Below are positions 28,735 to 38,821 of a DNA stretch of 64,000 bases, piece by piece (position 1 is the stretch's first letter; each line of letters begins with the position of its first letter). A model generated the notes under the pieces. The model ran no database searches, had not been told where the DNA came from, and was given only the letters and a program-made list of their open reading frames with translations. The DNA lies in the NCBI GenBank assembly GCA_902796265.1, contig CADBOG010000137.1, forward strand, positions 5,243 through 69,242, written 5' to 3'. Source of the stretch: an uncultured Bacteroidota bacterium (GTDB taxonomy: Bacteria; Bacteroidota; Bacteroidia; Bacteroidales; P3). A program made the position numbers and the translations under genes.

Positions 28735-30114
28735 ATGAATCGTATAATCAGCATGAAAAGTAGCAAACTGCGTCCCGTATTTGCGATTTGTATATTTTGC
28801 CTTATAAGTACATTCATTTCTGCGCAGACACTAACACTTGACAGTTGTATCGCCCTTGCACGCAAGAATAATGCGGACATCCGTACATCGCAGCTCGAAA
28901 TAAAAAGGGCACAGGAGGTCAAGAAGCAGGCCTTTACCAAATTTTTTCCGCAGGTGAGACTCTCTGCTTTGGGATATAAAGCTGCCGAACCAATAATCTC
29001 CTTTGGTATCAGCGATGTCAAGTCGCAGGATATGCAAGACCTTCTGGAATCCATATATGAGACATTCTCGACCGAAACAGACATTAACGACAGGGTGGAA
29101 GCCATGGAGCATGGCTTGAGCGGCTCTGTCTCCGTAGTGCAGCCAATCTTTGCTGGAGGACGAATAATAAATGGCAACAAGCTCGCCTCCATAGGAGAGC
29201 AAGCTGCTGAGTTGCAATCGGAAATAAAGGTTCGTGATGTGGTTGAGAATATAGAGTCTTCATATTATCTTGTAACTGGTTTGGCCGAAAAGGTTGCTAC
29301 AGTAAATGCAGCACTATCGCTAATCGATTCACTCGACAAGGTTGTCGCTTCGGCATTAGGTAACGGATTGGTGACTCGAGCCGATGCCCTGCAGGTGGAA
29401 CTCAAGCGTAACGAGATAAATGCTATGAGTCACAAGTTGGTTAGTGGAATACGATTGTCGAAGAGATTACTATGCACACAAATAGGTGTTGAGTATTCCG
29501 ATGATATCGTTTTTCTCCCCGAAGACACACTCGAACCTCCACTTGTGGATTTTGCTTATGGCAATCGCGGCGACAGTTTGCGTCCCGAATCCAAACTGCT
29601 AAATCTCAACATTCAAGCTGAAGAGTTGAAGAAGAAAATGACTATTGGAGAGAGCCTTCCACAGATTGTTATAGCAGGATTGGGGTATTATGGCGATATG
29701 ACGCGCGATGTGTATAGCGGCAATATAATAGGCATTTTCTCACTCAATATCCCCATTTCAGGATGGTGGGAGGCTTCAAGAAAAATCCAACAGCATAACG
29801 TCAAAATAGAACAGGCACGTATCATGCAGGACAACCTGTCAAGCATGATGTCGCTTGAAGAGGAGAAGACCTATAGCGATATGATTGATGCATGGATGCT
29901 GATAAAGAGCGACTCTTCTGCACTTGATGTGGCACGAGAGAACTATCGACTTGCACAGCTCAACTATACGGCAGGAACGATTACGATATCGGATGTCCTC
30001 CAAGCCCATGCCCTTCTGCTTCAAGCCCAAAATGCCCTTACTGACCGCAGAGTGGAATACATAACAGCTCGACGTCGACTATCTGACCTACTTGTAAGTA
30101 CATCAGAACGATAA
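28735..30114 (+). CDS. TolC-family outer membrane efflux protein
   Basis: 459 aa with a signal peptide and the OEP-repeat start LTLDSCIALARKNNADIRTSQLEIKRA. It is the third gene of the RND operon. Confidence 0.9.
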   Translation: MNRIISMKSSKLRPVFAICIFCLISTFISAQTLTLDSCIALARKNNADIRTSQLEIKRAQEVKKQAFTKFFPQVRLSALGYKAAEPIISFGISDVKSQDMQDLLESIYETFSTETDINDRVEAMEHGLSGSVSVVQPIFAGGRIINGNKLASIGEQAAELQSEIKVRDVVENIESSYYLVTGLAEKVATVNAALSLIDSLDKVVASALGNGLVTRADALQVELKRNEINAMSHKLVSGIRLSKRLLCTQIGVEYSDDIVFLPEDTLEPPLVDFAYGNRGDSLRPESKLLNLNIQAEELKKKMTIGESLPQIVIAGLGYYGDMTRDVYSGNIIGIFSLNIPISGWWEASRKIQQHNVKIEQARIMQDNLSSMMSLEEEKTYSDMIDAWMLIKSDSSALDVARENYRLAQLNYTAGTITISDVLQAHALLLQAQNALTDRRVEYITARRRLSDLLVSTSER

Positions 30115-30177
30115 TCTCCCTTGAAACAGAGAAGTGTTTTTTGTCATGAAAAAAATCTACGGTTGAAAAAAAATGTT

Positions 30178-30185
30178 TATCTTTG
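30178..30185 (+). promoter_or_regulatory. Bacteroidetes -7 promoter box (TATCTTTG) upstream of the deoxyhypusine-synthase-like gene
   Basis: Exact TAnnTTTG match, about 120 nt upstream of the ATG at 30306. Confidence 0.45.
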
Positions 30186-30305
30186 CAAATCGTATATCAT
30201 TATACAATATGATGTAATTTTTTGAACATCAAGGCATATTAGCAGTATAAGCCCTATTTTTCACTTTACAACTTAACGCTGATTTTAACATTAAAATATC
30301 ATACA

Positions 30306-31337
30306 ATGGAAAAAAAAGACCTCCTTAAAGAAACTGTCAAGCACATCGACATCAAGAAGTATAACTCGACTGATATTATCGACGCTATGCGCAGCATGTC
30401 TTTTACCAGCCGTGATACTGCACGTGCCACCGACATATTCATGAAGATGGTTGCAGAAAAAGACTGCACCAATATCCTAACCATTGCAGGTTCTACATCT
30501 GCAGCTGGTTGCATGCAGGTTTATGTCGATATGGTTCGTAACAAAATGGTTGACGTTGTTGTCTCAACAGGTGCCTCTATTATTGATATGGACCTCTTTG
30601 AAGCTCTCGGTTTCAAACACTATATCGGCACAAAGGAGAACGTTATCCCCGACACCAAGCTTCGTGAACTATATATTGACCGCATCTACGATACCTTTAT
30701 TGATGAGGAGGAACTCCAGGCTTGTGACAATGCAACATACGAACTCGCCAACATGCTTGAGGCTCGTCCATATAGCTCACGCGAATTCATTTATGAACTT
30801 GGCAAATGGCTTCACAACGGTCGCAGCGTAAAGAAAGACAGTCTCATTCAGACATGCTATGAGTGTGGTGTACCTATCTTCGTGCCTGCTTTCAGCGACT
30901 GTTCTGCTGGTTTCGGCATTGGCAAGCACCAATGGGAGCGCTCCAATGCAGGCAAGCCCTATCTCAGCATTGACTCTGTCCGTGATTTTGTAGAGCTTAC
31001 CAAAATCAAGATGGCTTGTCCCGAATCAGGTCTCTTCATGGTAGGTGGCGGTACTCCGAAGAATTTTGCACAAGACACCGTTGTCTGTGCCGAAATCCTT
31101 GGTCATGAGGTTCCTATGCACAAGTATGCTATCCAGATAACCGTTGCTGACGTACGCGATGGTGCATGCTCATCATCAACTCTTCTTGAGGCTGGTTCGT
31201 GGGGCAAGGTCTCCGAAGAACTGCAGCAGATGGTTTATGCCGAGGGTACTACAGTCATTCCTTTGATTGCCTCCTACGTCTACCACAACGGTGCGTGGAA
31301 AGATCGTGAGTACAAGAACTGGCAAAAGATTTTTTAA
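30306..31337 (+). CDS. Deoxyhypusine synthase family protein (bacterial DHS-like; possible homospermidine-synthase-type aminobutyl transferase)
   Basis: 343 aa. The N-terminus TSRDTARATDIFMKM..., the Rossmann-like segment TIAGSTSAAGCM...VVSTGASIIDMD, and the C-terminal segment GGGTPKNF...SWGK (lysine region) fit the DS family. Confidence 0.8.
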   Translation: MEKKDLLKETVKHIDIKKYNSTDIIDAMRSMSFTSRDTARATDIFMKMVAEKDCTNILTIAGSTSAAGCMQVYVDMVRNKMVDVVVSTGASIIDMDLFEALGFKHYIGTKENVIPDTKLRELYIDRIYDTFIDEEELQACDNATYELANMLEARPYSSREFIYELGKWLHNGRSVKKDSLIQTCYECGVPIFVPAFSDCSAGFGIGKHQWERSNAGKPYLSIDSVRDFVELTKIKMACPESGLFMVGGGTPKNFAQDTVVCAEILGHEVPMHKYAIQITVADVRDGACSSSTLLEAGSWGKVSEELQQMVYAEGTTVIPLIASYVYHNGAWKDREYKNWQKIF

Positions 31338-31436
31338 TCGCTAAAGGTTTTGTGTGCTTGAGTGTTTGAGAGCATGTGGAATGCAATCGGCTCAGCCAAT
31401 ATTGCTTGAGTACAAAACTCTAAACAATACTATTTG

Positions 31437-32714
31437 ATGGATTCAATTATTAGACAGCAGATTCGTAACCTTATACAGCGAGAGGTGGTTGTTGCCACAG
31501 GATGTACAGAACCAGGTGCTGTTGCCCTCTGCGTGGCTAAGGCTCGTGAGGTACTTGGTTCGATGCCAGACAGTGTTGAGTTGAAACTCAGCAAGAACGT
31601 ATTCAAGAACGCTATGGGTGTTGGCATCCCAGGCACGGGTATGGTAGGCCTTCCGATAGCAGTTGCAATTGCACTATGTTCTGGCAACTCAGCACGTCTA
31701 CTAGAGATTCTTACTGTCCCTGCAGAAGAGATAGAAGCTGCCAAACAATGGCTCGCAAATAATGGCGATCGTATCAATATTGGTCTCAAGGAAAACTGCG
31801 AAGACAAACTCTATATCGAGTGTATCTGCCATAAGGACAACGACTCTTCAACCGCAATTATTTCTAAACGCCATACCAATTTCGTTTATATAGCAAAAGG
31901 CGACAAGGTGCTTTTGGAAGGAGAAGACAAGGTTAATGGCGAGTGCGGAATAGATAATGGCGACCCTGATCTCTCGGCTCACATTGTATATGAGTATGCT
32001 ACTACTGCTCCTATCGAAGAGCTGGAATTCATCAACGAAACAGTGACCCTCAATAGCAGTGCAGCTAACGAGGGCCTCAAGGGTTATGGTCTAAATACAG
32101 GACGCATCCTTATGGAAAATGCTGAGGGTGATATCGTTCATACAGTTATTGCACGTACAGTAGCAGCCTCTGATGCACGCATGGACGGATGCACGCTTCC
32201 TGTATACTCTAATAGTGGCAGCGGAAACCAAGGCATAGCATGCACGCTTCCTGTCTTTGAATATGGTAAAGCTAAAGGCCGTAGCCAAGAGCAGATAACA
32301 CGCGCACTTATCCTCAGTCACCTCACATCTATTTATATTAAGAAAGGTATCGGCCGACTGTCGGCTCTTTGTGGTATTGTCAACGCCTCAATTGGAGTGA
32401 CTTGCGGCATCACCTATCTTCATGGAGGCACATACGACCAGATGTGCTATGCTATCAAAAACATGATTAACACGCTGGCAGGCATGGTATGTGACGGAGC
32501 AAAACCATCATGCGCCCTTAAAATGTCAACAGGCTTATATAGTGCCTTTGTAAGTGCAGAGTTGGCTCTGCATGACAAGGTTGTGGATGCATGTGACGGT
32601 TTATCAGAAAAAGATGTTGACTACTCAATCCGCAACCTCGGACGTCTTGGCCATGATGGAATGGATCAAACTGATGATATGGTACTTGATATCATGACAC
32701 ATAAGAAATATTGA
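31437..32714 (+). CDS. UPF0597 / serine-dehydratase-alpha-like protein (YhaM/CyuA-type L-cysteine desulfidase family)
   Basis: VVVATGCTEPGAVAL near the N-terminus and SGSGNQG mid-protein are typical of the UPF0597/SDH_alpha family. The track start at 31434 is TTG, so I prefer the adjacent ATG at 31437. Confidence 0.8.
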   Translation: MDSIIRQQIRNLIQREVVVATGCTEPGAVALCVAKAREVLGSMPDSVELKLSKNVFKNAMGVGIPGTGMVGLPIAVAIALCSGNSARLLEILTVPAEEIEAAKQWLANNGDRINIGLKENCEDKLYIECICHKDNDSSTAIISKRHTNFVYIAKGDKVLLEGEDKVNGECGIDNGDPDLSAHIVYEYATTAPIEELEFINETVTLNSSAANEGLKGYGLNTGRILMENAEGDIVHTVIARTVAASDARMDGCTLPVYSNSGSGNQGIACTLPVFEYGKAKGRSQEQITRALILSHLTSIYIKKGIGRLSALCGIVNASIGVTCGITYLHGGTYDQMCYAIKNMINTLAGMVCDGAKPSCALKMSTGLYSAFVSAELALHDKVVDACDGLSEKDVDYSIRNLGRLGHDGMDQTDDMVLDIMTHKKY

Positions 32715-32878
32715 TGGATAAAAGGATTATTGAAGTCACGAACTAGCTGATTAACAGATTGAATTATTATAATAACCTATCAACAGATCAACATCTTAAC
32801 GTATCATCTAATCTACTTATCAACCTATCAACGTTAAAAAATCGATTGGCAAAAGAGTTGCATTTCTGAAAAAAAATG

Positions 32879-32886
32879 TAATTTTG
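32879..32886 (+). promoter_or_regulatory. Bacteroidetes -7 promoter box (TAATTTTG) upstream of the DUF3276 gene
   Basis: Exact TAnnTTTG match, 45 nt upstream of the ATG at 32932. Confidence 0.5.
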
Positions 32887-32931
32887 CCTTTTCAAATAGA
32901 AAAAAAACAAACCCCTTAACTTAATAGAGAC

Positions 32932-33333
32932 ATGGATTTTAACAGCAACAGAGATCACAACAGCAACAGAGAATTTAACAACGGCAGAGATTTCGGCAGA
33001 AAAGAAGAGCTGTATTCGCAGGCGATTAGTGCTGGCAAACGCAAGTATTTCTTTGATGTGAAAGAGACCCGCGGTGGTGACAAATTTATCGTTATTGCCG
33101 AAAGTCGCAAACTATTCGACAACAACACCGGCAATTTCTACTACGAGAAGAACAAAATGTTCCTCTATAAAGAGGATTTTGAAAAATTCCAGAAAGGCCT
33201 TTCCAATGCCTTCCACTTCATTGAGACAGGTGAAATACCAGAACCCGTTGTCAGCGAGCAAGAATACTATGCTCCTCAGGAAGAGGCTCAAAGCAACGAG
33301 AGCACAATCGATGGAATAGATTTTAGTTTGTAA
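32932..33333 (+). CDS. DUF3276 / PUR-alpha-like nucleic-acid-binding protein
   Basis: 133 aa. The core KRKYFFDVKETRGGDKFIVIAESRK...FYYEKNKMFLYKEDFEKF matches the Bacteroidetes PUR-like repeat family. The N-terminus is a low-complexity N/R/D tail. Confidence 0.75.
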   Translation: MDFNSNRDHNSNREFNNGRDFGRKEELYSQAISAGKRKYFFDVKETRGGDKFIVIAESRKLFDNNTGNFYYEKNKMFLYKEDFEKFQKGLSNAFHFIETGEIPEPVVSEQEYYAPQEEAQSNESTIDGIDFSL

Positions 33334-33404
33334 ATAATAATCGCCTTTTCAAGGTGTTTCCCACCTAATAAAGTAGTAAATACCTTGTGAGGCACCATCA
33401 CGAA

Positions 33405-34187
33405 ATGGGAAAAATTATTTCGATAGCTAACCAGAAAGGTGGGGTAGGGAAGACCACTACGGCCACAAACCTCTCGGCATCGCTTGCAGTGCGTGAATAT
33501 AAGGTGCTGCTTATCGATGCCGACCCTCAGGCCAATGCTACTTCCGGGTTGGGCGTCAACCCCGAAACGGTAGAGCAGAGTGCCTACGAGTGCTTCCTAG
33601 GTCAGGTTCCTGCTAAGGATTGCATCGTTGAAACAGAGATGCCAAACCTTTGGTTACTCCCGACGCGCATAGACCTTGTTGGTGCCGAAATCGATCTCGT
33701 CAATGAGAAACAGCGCGAGTTCTATATACAGAAAGCCCTTGAACCAGTCAAAAACGACTATGATTTCATTATTATTGACTGTTCACCCTCGCTGGGTCTT
33801 ATTACTATAAATGCGCTTACTGCCTCCGACTCGGTTATCATCCCTATCCAGAGCGAATACTTTGCACTTGAGGGTCTTGGAAAACTTCTCAACACTGTTC
33901 GCATCGTCCAAACACGTCTTAATCCCAAACTCAGTATTGAGGGTCTTCTCATAACTATGTATGACTCTCGTCTGCGTCTGGCACGTCAGGTGGTTGACGA
34001 TGTTCGCAGTCACTTCAAACAGATGGTCTTTGACACTCTTATCTTCCGCAACACCAAGTTGGCTGAAGCACCTAGCTATGGACGTTCCATTATCATGCAT
34101 GATGCCACATGCCAGGGTGCAATAAACTACCTTAATCTCGCTAACGAGATACTCCACCGTAACGGTATGCCTGACAAGAAGGTTTAA
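33405..34187 (+). CDS. parA: ParA/Soj chromosome-partitioning ATPase
   Basis: Deviant Walker A in MGKIISIANQKGGVGKTTTA, plus the segment IIIDCSPSLG. The track start at 33387 is GTG, so I prefer the ATG at 33405. Confidence 0.95.
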   Translation: MGKIISIANQKGGVGKTTTATNLSASLAVREYKVLLIDADPQANATSGLGVNPETVEQSAYECFLGQVPAKDCIVETEMPNLWLLPTRIDLVGAEIDLVNEKQREFYIQKALEPVKNDYDFIIIDCSPSLGLITINALTASDSVIIPIQSEYFALEGLGKLLNTVRIVQTRLNPKLSIEGLLITMYDSRLRLARQVVDDVRSHFKQMVFDTLIFRNTKLAEAPSYGRSIIMHDATCQGAINYLNLANEILHRNGMPDKKV

Positions 34188-34197
34188 CAATCATATA

Positions 34198-35085
34198 ATG
34201 ACGACAAAGAAGAAAAGTTCAGGATTGGGACGTGGTTTGGGCTCTATACTCCCAGATGTGGATATTGATGCCGCAATGGGAAAACCGAACCTTACCACTT
34301 CAATCACCACAATACCTCTCGACAGCATTGAGGCTAATCCTTTCCAACCACGAAAAGAGTTTGATGAGGAAGCACTCAACGAATTGTCGCAATCTATCCG
34401 CCAACAGGGAGTCATCACTCCTATTACTGTGCGGCAGATGCCCGACGGAAAATATCAGCTTATCGCAGGCGAACGTCGTGTTCGTGCCTCGCAATTGGCT
34501 GGTCTCAAGGAGATACCTGCTTATATCCGAATTGCCACCGACACTCAAATGATGGAGATGGCTTTGGTTGAGAACATACAACGCGAGAACCTTAATGCTA
34601 TGGAGATTGCCTTCTCATACAATGCCCTCATTGAGGAATGTCAACTGACGCATGAACAGCTGAGTGAGAAGGTTGGCAAAAATCGCTCTACAATTACCAA
34701 CTATCTGCGACTACTGAACCTTCCGTCAGAAACACAGCTGGCTCTCAGTACCGAGCAGATTACTATGGCACATGCTCGTTGTCTGGTCAACATTGAAGAC
34801 CCTGAGCAACATTTGGCTTTACTCCATGACATTATCAATCGACAACTTTCTGTGCGTCAGACAGAGCAACTGGTTAAGGAGTTCACCAAACCCAAACCTG
34901 CACCTCCTGCCCGCAAGAAGGATGACCTCCCAGAATTACATGCGGCTTCCCGTTCATCACTGAAACAGTATTTGCAGTCGGAGGTGGACATCAAACGCAG
35001 TCGTCGCGGAAAAGGAACGGTGACCATCCATTTCAACAATGATCGCGACTTTGAGCGTATTATGAAACTTATTAATAAAGACTGA
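34198..35085 (+). CDS. parB: ParB/Spo0J chromosome-partitioning protein
   Basis: GLGRGLGSIL, IEANPFQPRKEF, LIAGERRVRAS (the CTP-binding GERR box) and an HTH segment. Confidence 0.95.
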   Translation: MTTKKKSSGLGRGLGSILPDVDIDAAMGKPNLTTSITTIPLDSIEANPFQPRKEFDEEALNELSQSIRQQGVITPITVRQMPDGKYQLIAGERRVRASQLAGLKEIPAYIRIATDTQMMEMALVENIQRENLNAMEIAFSYNALIEECQLTHEQLSEKVGKNRSTITNYLRLLNLPSETQLALSTEQITMAHARCLVNIEDPEQHLALLHDIINRQLSVRQTEQLVKEFTKPKPAPPARKKDDLPELHAASRSSLKQYLQSEVDIKRSRRGKGTVTIHFNNDRDFERIMKLINKD

Positions 35086-35089
35086 AAAT

Positions 35090-35731
35090 TTGACGGTGCG
35101 CAATCAATTCAAAACCAAAGATTCGTATTGTACAATCAAAAAAAGGGTAGGGGCATTAACCCTTACTCTTTTTTTGATTGCTATGCCGTTTATGGGTTTT
35201 GCGCAATCCGAACAATCTGAGTCCAAAGTGCAAAAAACAGTGACAGAAGTTTCCGAACACAGTCCTACACGTGCACTTATCCTCTCGGCTGTTCTGCCTG
35301 GCGCCGGTCAGGTTTATAATCGTCAGGCATGGAAAATCCCCATCATATATGCAGCTTTAGGTGGAATAAGCTACTACACATATACCAACTTTAGTCAGAT
35401 GAAGTACTATCGTGATGAGTATTTATTTCGTGTTGCCCATGATGGCCAGACACAATACCCTGACAACCCAGATATGGTGGCAACTCCCACTTCGAATATT
35501 TATAATATGTATGAAGCCTACAACCAGACATTCCAACTCTCGGTTATATTGACAGTGGCAGTTTACGGCATCAATCTTCTAGATGCATACGTCTTTGGAC
35601 ATCTCTTTGATTTCCAGATAAACGATGATATATCCCTCAATATGTCGCCATCTATTATGCCGAATAGTGGCACATACGCTTTCGGTCAATCGCCTCTTCT
35701 TCCGGTAGCATCACTTACTTTGAGGTTCTAA
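35090..35731 (+). CDS. DUF5683 domain-containing membrane protein (conserved parB neighbour in Bacteroidetes)
   Basis: The signal-like segment LTLTLFLIAMPFMGFAQ and ALILSAVLPGAGQVYNRQAWKIPIIYAALGG are typical of DUF5683. The start is TTG (35090) or GTG (35096); there is no upstream ATG. Confidence 0.75.
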   Translation: MTVRNQFKTKDSYCTIKKRVGALTLTLFLIAMPFMGFAQSEQSESKVQKTVTEVSEHSPTRALILSAVLPGAGQVYNRQAWKIPIIYAALGGISYYTYTNFSQMKYYRDEYLFRVAHDGQTQYPDNPDMVATPTSNIYNMYEAYNQTFQLSVILTVAVYGINLLDAYVFGHLFDFQINDDISLNMSPSIMPNSGTYAFGQSPLLPVASLTLRF

Positions 35732-35808
35732 AGTCTAGTATCGGTAATTCAATGAGATTCTAAGGGAAGCATTTTTTGATGTTCCCTAAAAAAACTCATA
35801 TTTCAAAT

Positions 35809-35824
35809 TATTTTTGTATCTTTG
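35809..35824 (+). promoter_or_regulatory. Two adjacent Bacteroidetes -7 promoter boxes (TATTTTTG, TATCTTTG) upstream of valS
   Basis: Exact TAnnTTTG matches at 35809-35816 and 35817-35824, about 155 nt upstream of the valS ATG. Confidence 0.45.
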
Positions 35825-35979
35825 CAGATTGAACATGGAGAATCTTGACGATTTTCGATGTTCTACTGCATTATGTATCAATGATTAATGTACATTTCTT
35901 TAAAAGTGTATATTATATAAAAAGACATTTTGCAACATATATAAACGTATACATTAAAAAACTAAAACCGTAATCCCTA

Positions 35980-38748
35980 ATGGAATTAGCATCAAAGTAT
36001 GATCCGCGTGCCGTTGAAGAGAAATGGTACAATTTTTGGCTGGAGAAGAAACTGTTTCATTCAGAACCCGACAATCGTGTCCCTTATACCATAGTTATTC
36101 CGCCTCCCAATGTCACCGGTGTGTTGCACATGGGTCACATGCTCAACAATACAATCCAGGATGTACTTGTTCGTCGTGCCCGCATGATGGGTAGGAATGC
36201 TTGCTGGGTGCCGGGTACCGACCATGCCTCCATTGCCACAGAGGCAAAAGTAGTGAAGAGCCTTGCAGAGAAAGGTATCAAGAAACATGACCTTAGTCGT
36301 GAGCAGTTCCTTGAGCATGCATGGGAATGGACCCATAAACATGGTGGTATCATCTTGCAACAGCTCCGTACGCTTGGTGCAAGTTGTGATTGGGATCGCA
36401 CGGCATTCACTATGGACGAAACTCGCAGTGAGAGCGTCACCAAGGTCTTCGTAGACCTTTACAACAAAGGTCTTATATATCGCGGACTCCGCATGATTAA
36501 CTGGGATCCTAAAGCACTTACTGCTCTGTCTACAGAGGAGGTGGTATACAAAGAGGAACGTTCTAAACTCTATTATCTGAAATATTATCTGGCTGATGGT
36601 GAAAATGTTGATGTTGAACCATTGGCAACAGATGACAGAGAAGGCAATATAGTACACAAAGACGAAAAGGGCTATTATGCCGTTGTTGCCACAACACGTC
36701 CCGAAACCATTATGGGCGATACAGCAATGTGTGTTAATCCTAAAGACCCCAAGAATCAATGGCTTCGTGGTCACCATGTCATTGTCCCTCTTGTCGGACG
36801 TAAGGTGCGTGTCATTGAAGACCGCTATGTTGATATTGAATTTGGTACTGGTTGCCTCAAGGTGACTCCTGCCCACGATGTCAATGACTACAACCTTGGT
36901 AAGACCCATAATCTCGAGACCATTGATATCTTTAATGCTGACGGAACCATTTCTGAGCAGTCGCCTCTTTATGTTGGAATGGATCGTTTCGCATGTCGCA
37001 AACAGATTGCAAAAGATCTTGATGCTGCTGGACTGATGGAAAAAGTGGAAGATTACACCAACAAAGTTGGCTATTCTGAGCGTAATCCAGATACAGCTAT
37101 AGAGCCACGTCTTTCTTTACAGTGGTTTGTCAAAATGCAACATTTTGCCGACATTGCATTGCCTCCTGTTATGAATGGCGAAATCAAGTTTTATCCAGAG
37201 AAATACAAGAACACTTATCGTCAATGGCTCGAGAACATCCAGGATTGGTGTATTAGTCGTCAATTGTGGTGGGGTCATCGTATTCCTGCTTATTACTATC
37301 CTTCGCAGAATCCTGATGATACAGAAAATTTTGTTGTTGCTGAAACCGCAGAGAAAGCACTTGAACTTGCTCGACAGAAGACTGGCAATACCAACCTTCA
37401 GGCTTCTGATCTTAAGCAGGAAGAATGTGCTCTCGATACTTGGTTCAGCTCCTGGTTATGGCCAATCAGCCTTTTTGATGGCATCAATAATCCTGGCAAC
37501 AAGGAGATTGAGTATTATTATCCCACAGTTGATCTTATCACAGCTCCCGATATCATTTTCTTCTGGGTGGCACGTATGATTATGGCTGGTGAGGAATATC
37601 TTCATAAAGTGCCTTTCCGTAACGTGTATTTCACAGGTGTGGTACGCGACAAACTTGGCCGCAAGATGAGTAAATCGCTCGGCAATTCGCCTGACCCTAT
37701 AGAATTGATGGCACAGTATGGGGCCGATGGTGTTCGCATGGGTATGCTGCTTACCGCACCTGCCGGTAACGATATTCTATTTGACGAGAAGATTTGCGAA
37801 CAAGGACGCAACTTCTCCAACAAGCTATGGAATGCTTTGCGCCTTATCACTGGATGGCAGGTTGATAAAGGAGATGATTCAAACAATCAAGCTACTAAGC
37901 AGCCGAGCAATGAAATGGCTGTCGAATGGATGGAACAACGTATGGCACAGGTTCTCGAAGGAATTGAAAAAGACTTCGAGCAATACCGTCTCAGTGAAGC
38001 CCTTATGGCCAGCTATAAATTGGCGTGGGACGACTTCTGCTCGTGGTATCTCGAGATGGTAAAACCAGCCTATGGGACTCCTATCGATCGTGAGACATAC
38101 GATGCAACAATCAGTATCTTCAACCGTCTTATGCTCATCCTTCACCCATTCATGCCTTTCGTCACTGAAGAAATTTGGCATGCACTTCAAACAATTGGTA
38201 AGGATGACGAACAGGCAGCTTTCATCAATGCCAACTACAGCATCATGAACCAGCATCTGCCTACAAGCGTTTTTTATGACCAGCGAACTCTTGATGACTG
38301 TGATACCGCTCGCGAGATGATAGCTGGTGTCCGTAACATTCGCAATACTCGTGGCCTTTCACCCAAAGAGCAACTTGAATTGTTTGTCGTTTGTGGAGAG
38401 GGCAAAATGCCAAATAACCGTTTTGATGGCATTGTCTGCAAATTGGGTAATGTTTCGATTATCCAGTATGTTGACAGTAAGGTTGAAGGTGCTATCAGTT
38501 TCATGGTGGGTACTACCGAATGCTTCGTTCCTTTGAAACAAAATATTGATGTAGAAGCTGAACGCAAAAAACTGGAGGATGACTTGCGTTATGCAGAAGG
38601 TTTTCTTGCCAGCGTGATGAAGAAACTCGGCAACGAAAAATTTGTCAATGGTGCTCCCGAAAAGGTTGTTGCTGTAGAACGTCAGAAAAAAGCTGACGCG
38701 GAACAGAAAATTGCAGCTCTCAAAAGTCAACTTGAAAACCTCAAATAG
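35980..38748 (+). CDS. valS: Valine--tRNA ligase
   Basis: 922 aa. HIGH motif [18 protein letters not shown] motif present, class Ia editing domain, and a C-terminal coiled coil. Confidence 0.97.
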   Translation: MELASKYDPRAVEEKWYNFWLEKKLFHSEPDNRVPYTIVIPPPNVTGVLHMGHMLNNTIQDVLVRRARMMGRNACWVPGTDHASIATEAKVVKSLAEKGIKKHDLSREQFLEHAWEWTHKHGGIILQQLRTLGASCDWDRTAFTMDETRSESVTKVFVDLYNKGLIYRGLRMINWDPKALTALSTEEVVYKEERSKLYYLKYYLADGENVDVEPLATDDREGNIVHKDEKGYYAVVATTRPETIMGDTAMCVNPKDPKNQWLRGHHVIVPLVGRKVRVIEDRYVDIEFGTGCLKVTPAHDVNDYNLGKTHNLETIDIFNADGTISEQSPLYVGMDRFACRKQIAKDLDAAGLMEKVEDYTNKVGYSERNPDTAIEPRLSLQWFVKMQHFADIALPPVMNGEIKFYPEKYKNTYRQWLENIQDWCISRQLWWGHRIPAYYYPSQNPDDTENFVVAETAEKALELARQKTGNTNLQASDLKQEECALDTWFSSWLWPISLFDGINNPGNKEIEYYYPTVDLITAPDIIFFWVARMIMAGEEYLHKVPFRNVYFTGVVRDKLGRKMSKSLGNSPDPIELMAQYGADGVRMGMLLTAPAGNDILFDEKICEQGRNFSNKLWNALRLITGWQVDKGDDSNNQATKQPSNEMAVEWMEQRMAQVLEGIEKDFEQYRLSEALMASYKLAWDDFCSWYLEMVKPAYGTPIDRETYDATISIFNRLMLILHPFMPFVTEEIWHALQTIGKDDEQAAFINANYSIMNQHLPTSVFYDQRTLDDCDTAREMIAGVRNIRNTRGLSPKEQLELFVVCGEGKMPNNRFDGIVCKLGNVSIIQYVDSKVEGAISFMVGTTECFVPLKQNIDVEAERKKLEDDLRYAEGFLASVMKKLGNEKFVNGAPEKVVAVERQKKADAEQKIAALKSQLENLK

Positions 38749-38821
38749 CAGAAAAGTTGTAACCCGATAAAATGCAGTGAGTCACATAAGCCCCAAAGAG
38801 GCAAAAGAAAAAAATTCTCCA

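Noticed and set aside
36061-36909. 282-aa ORF on the minus strand, antisense to valS
   Set aside because: It is a shadow ORF within valS. It has no recognisable domain, no upstream promoter box, and Cys/His/Thr-rich junk-like composition.
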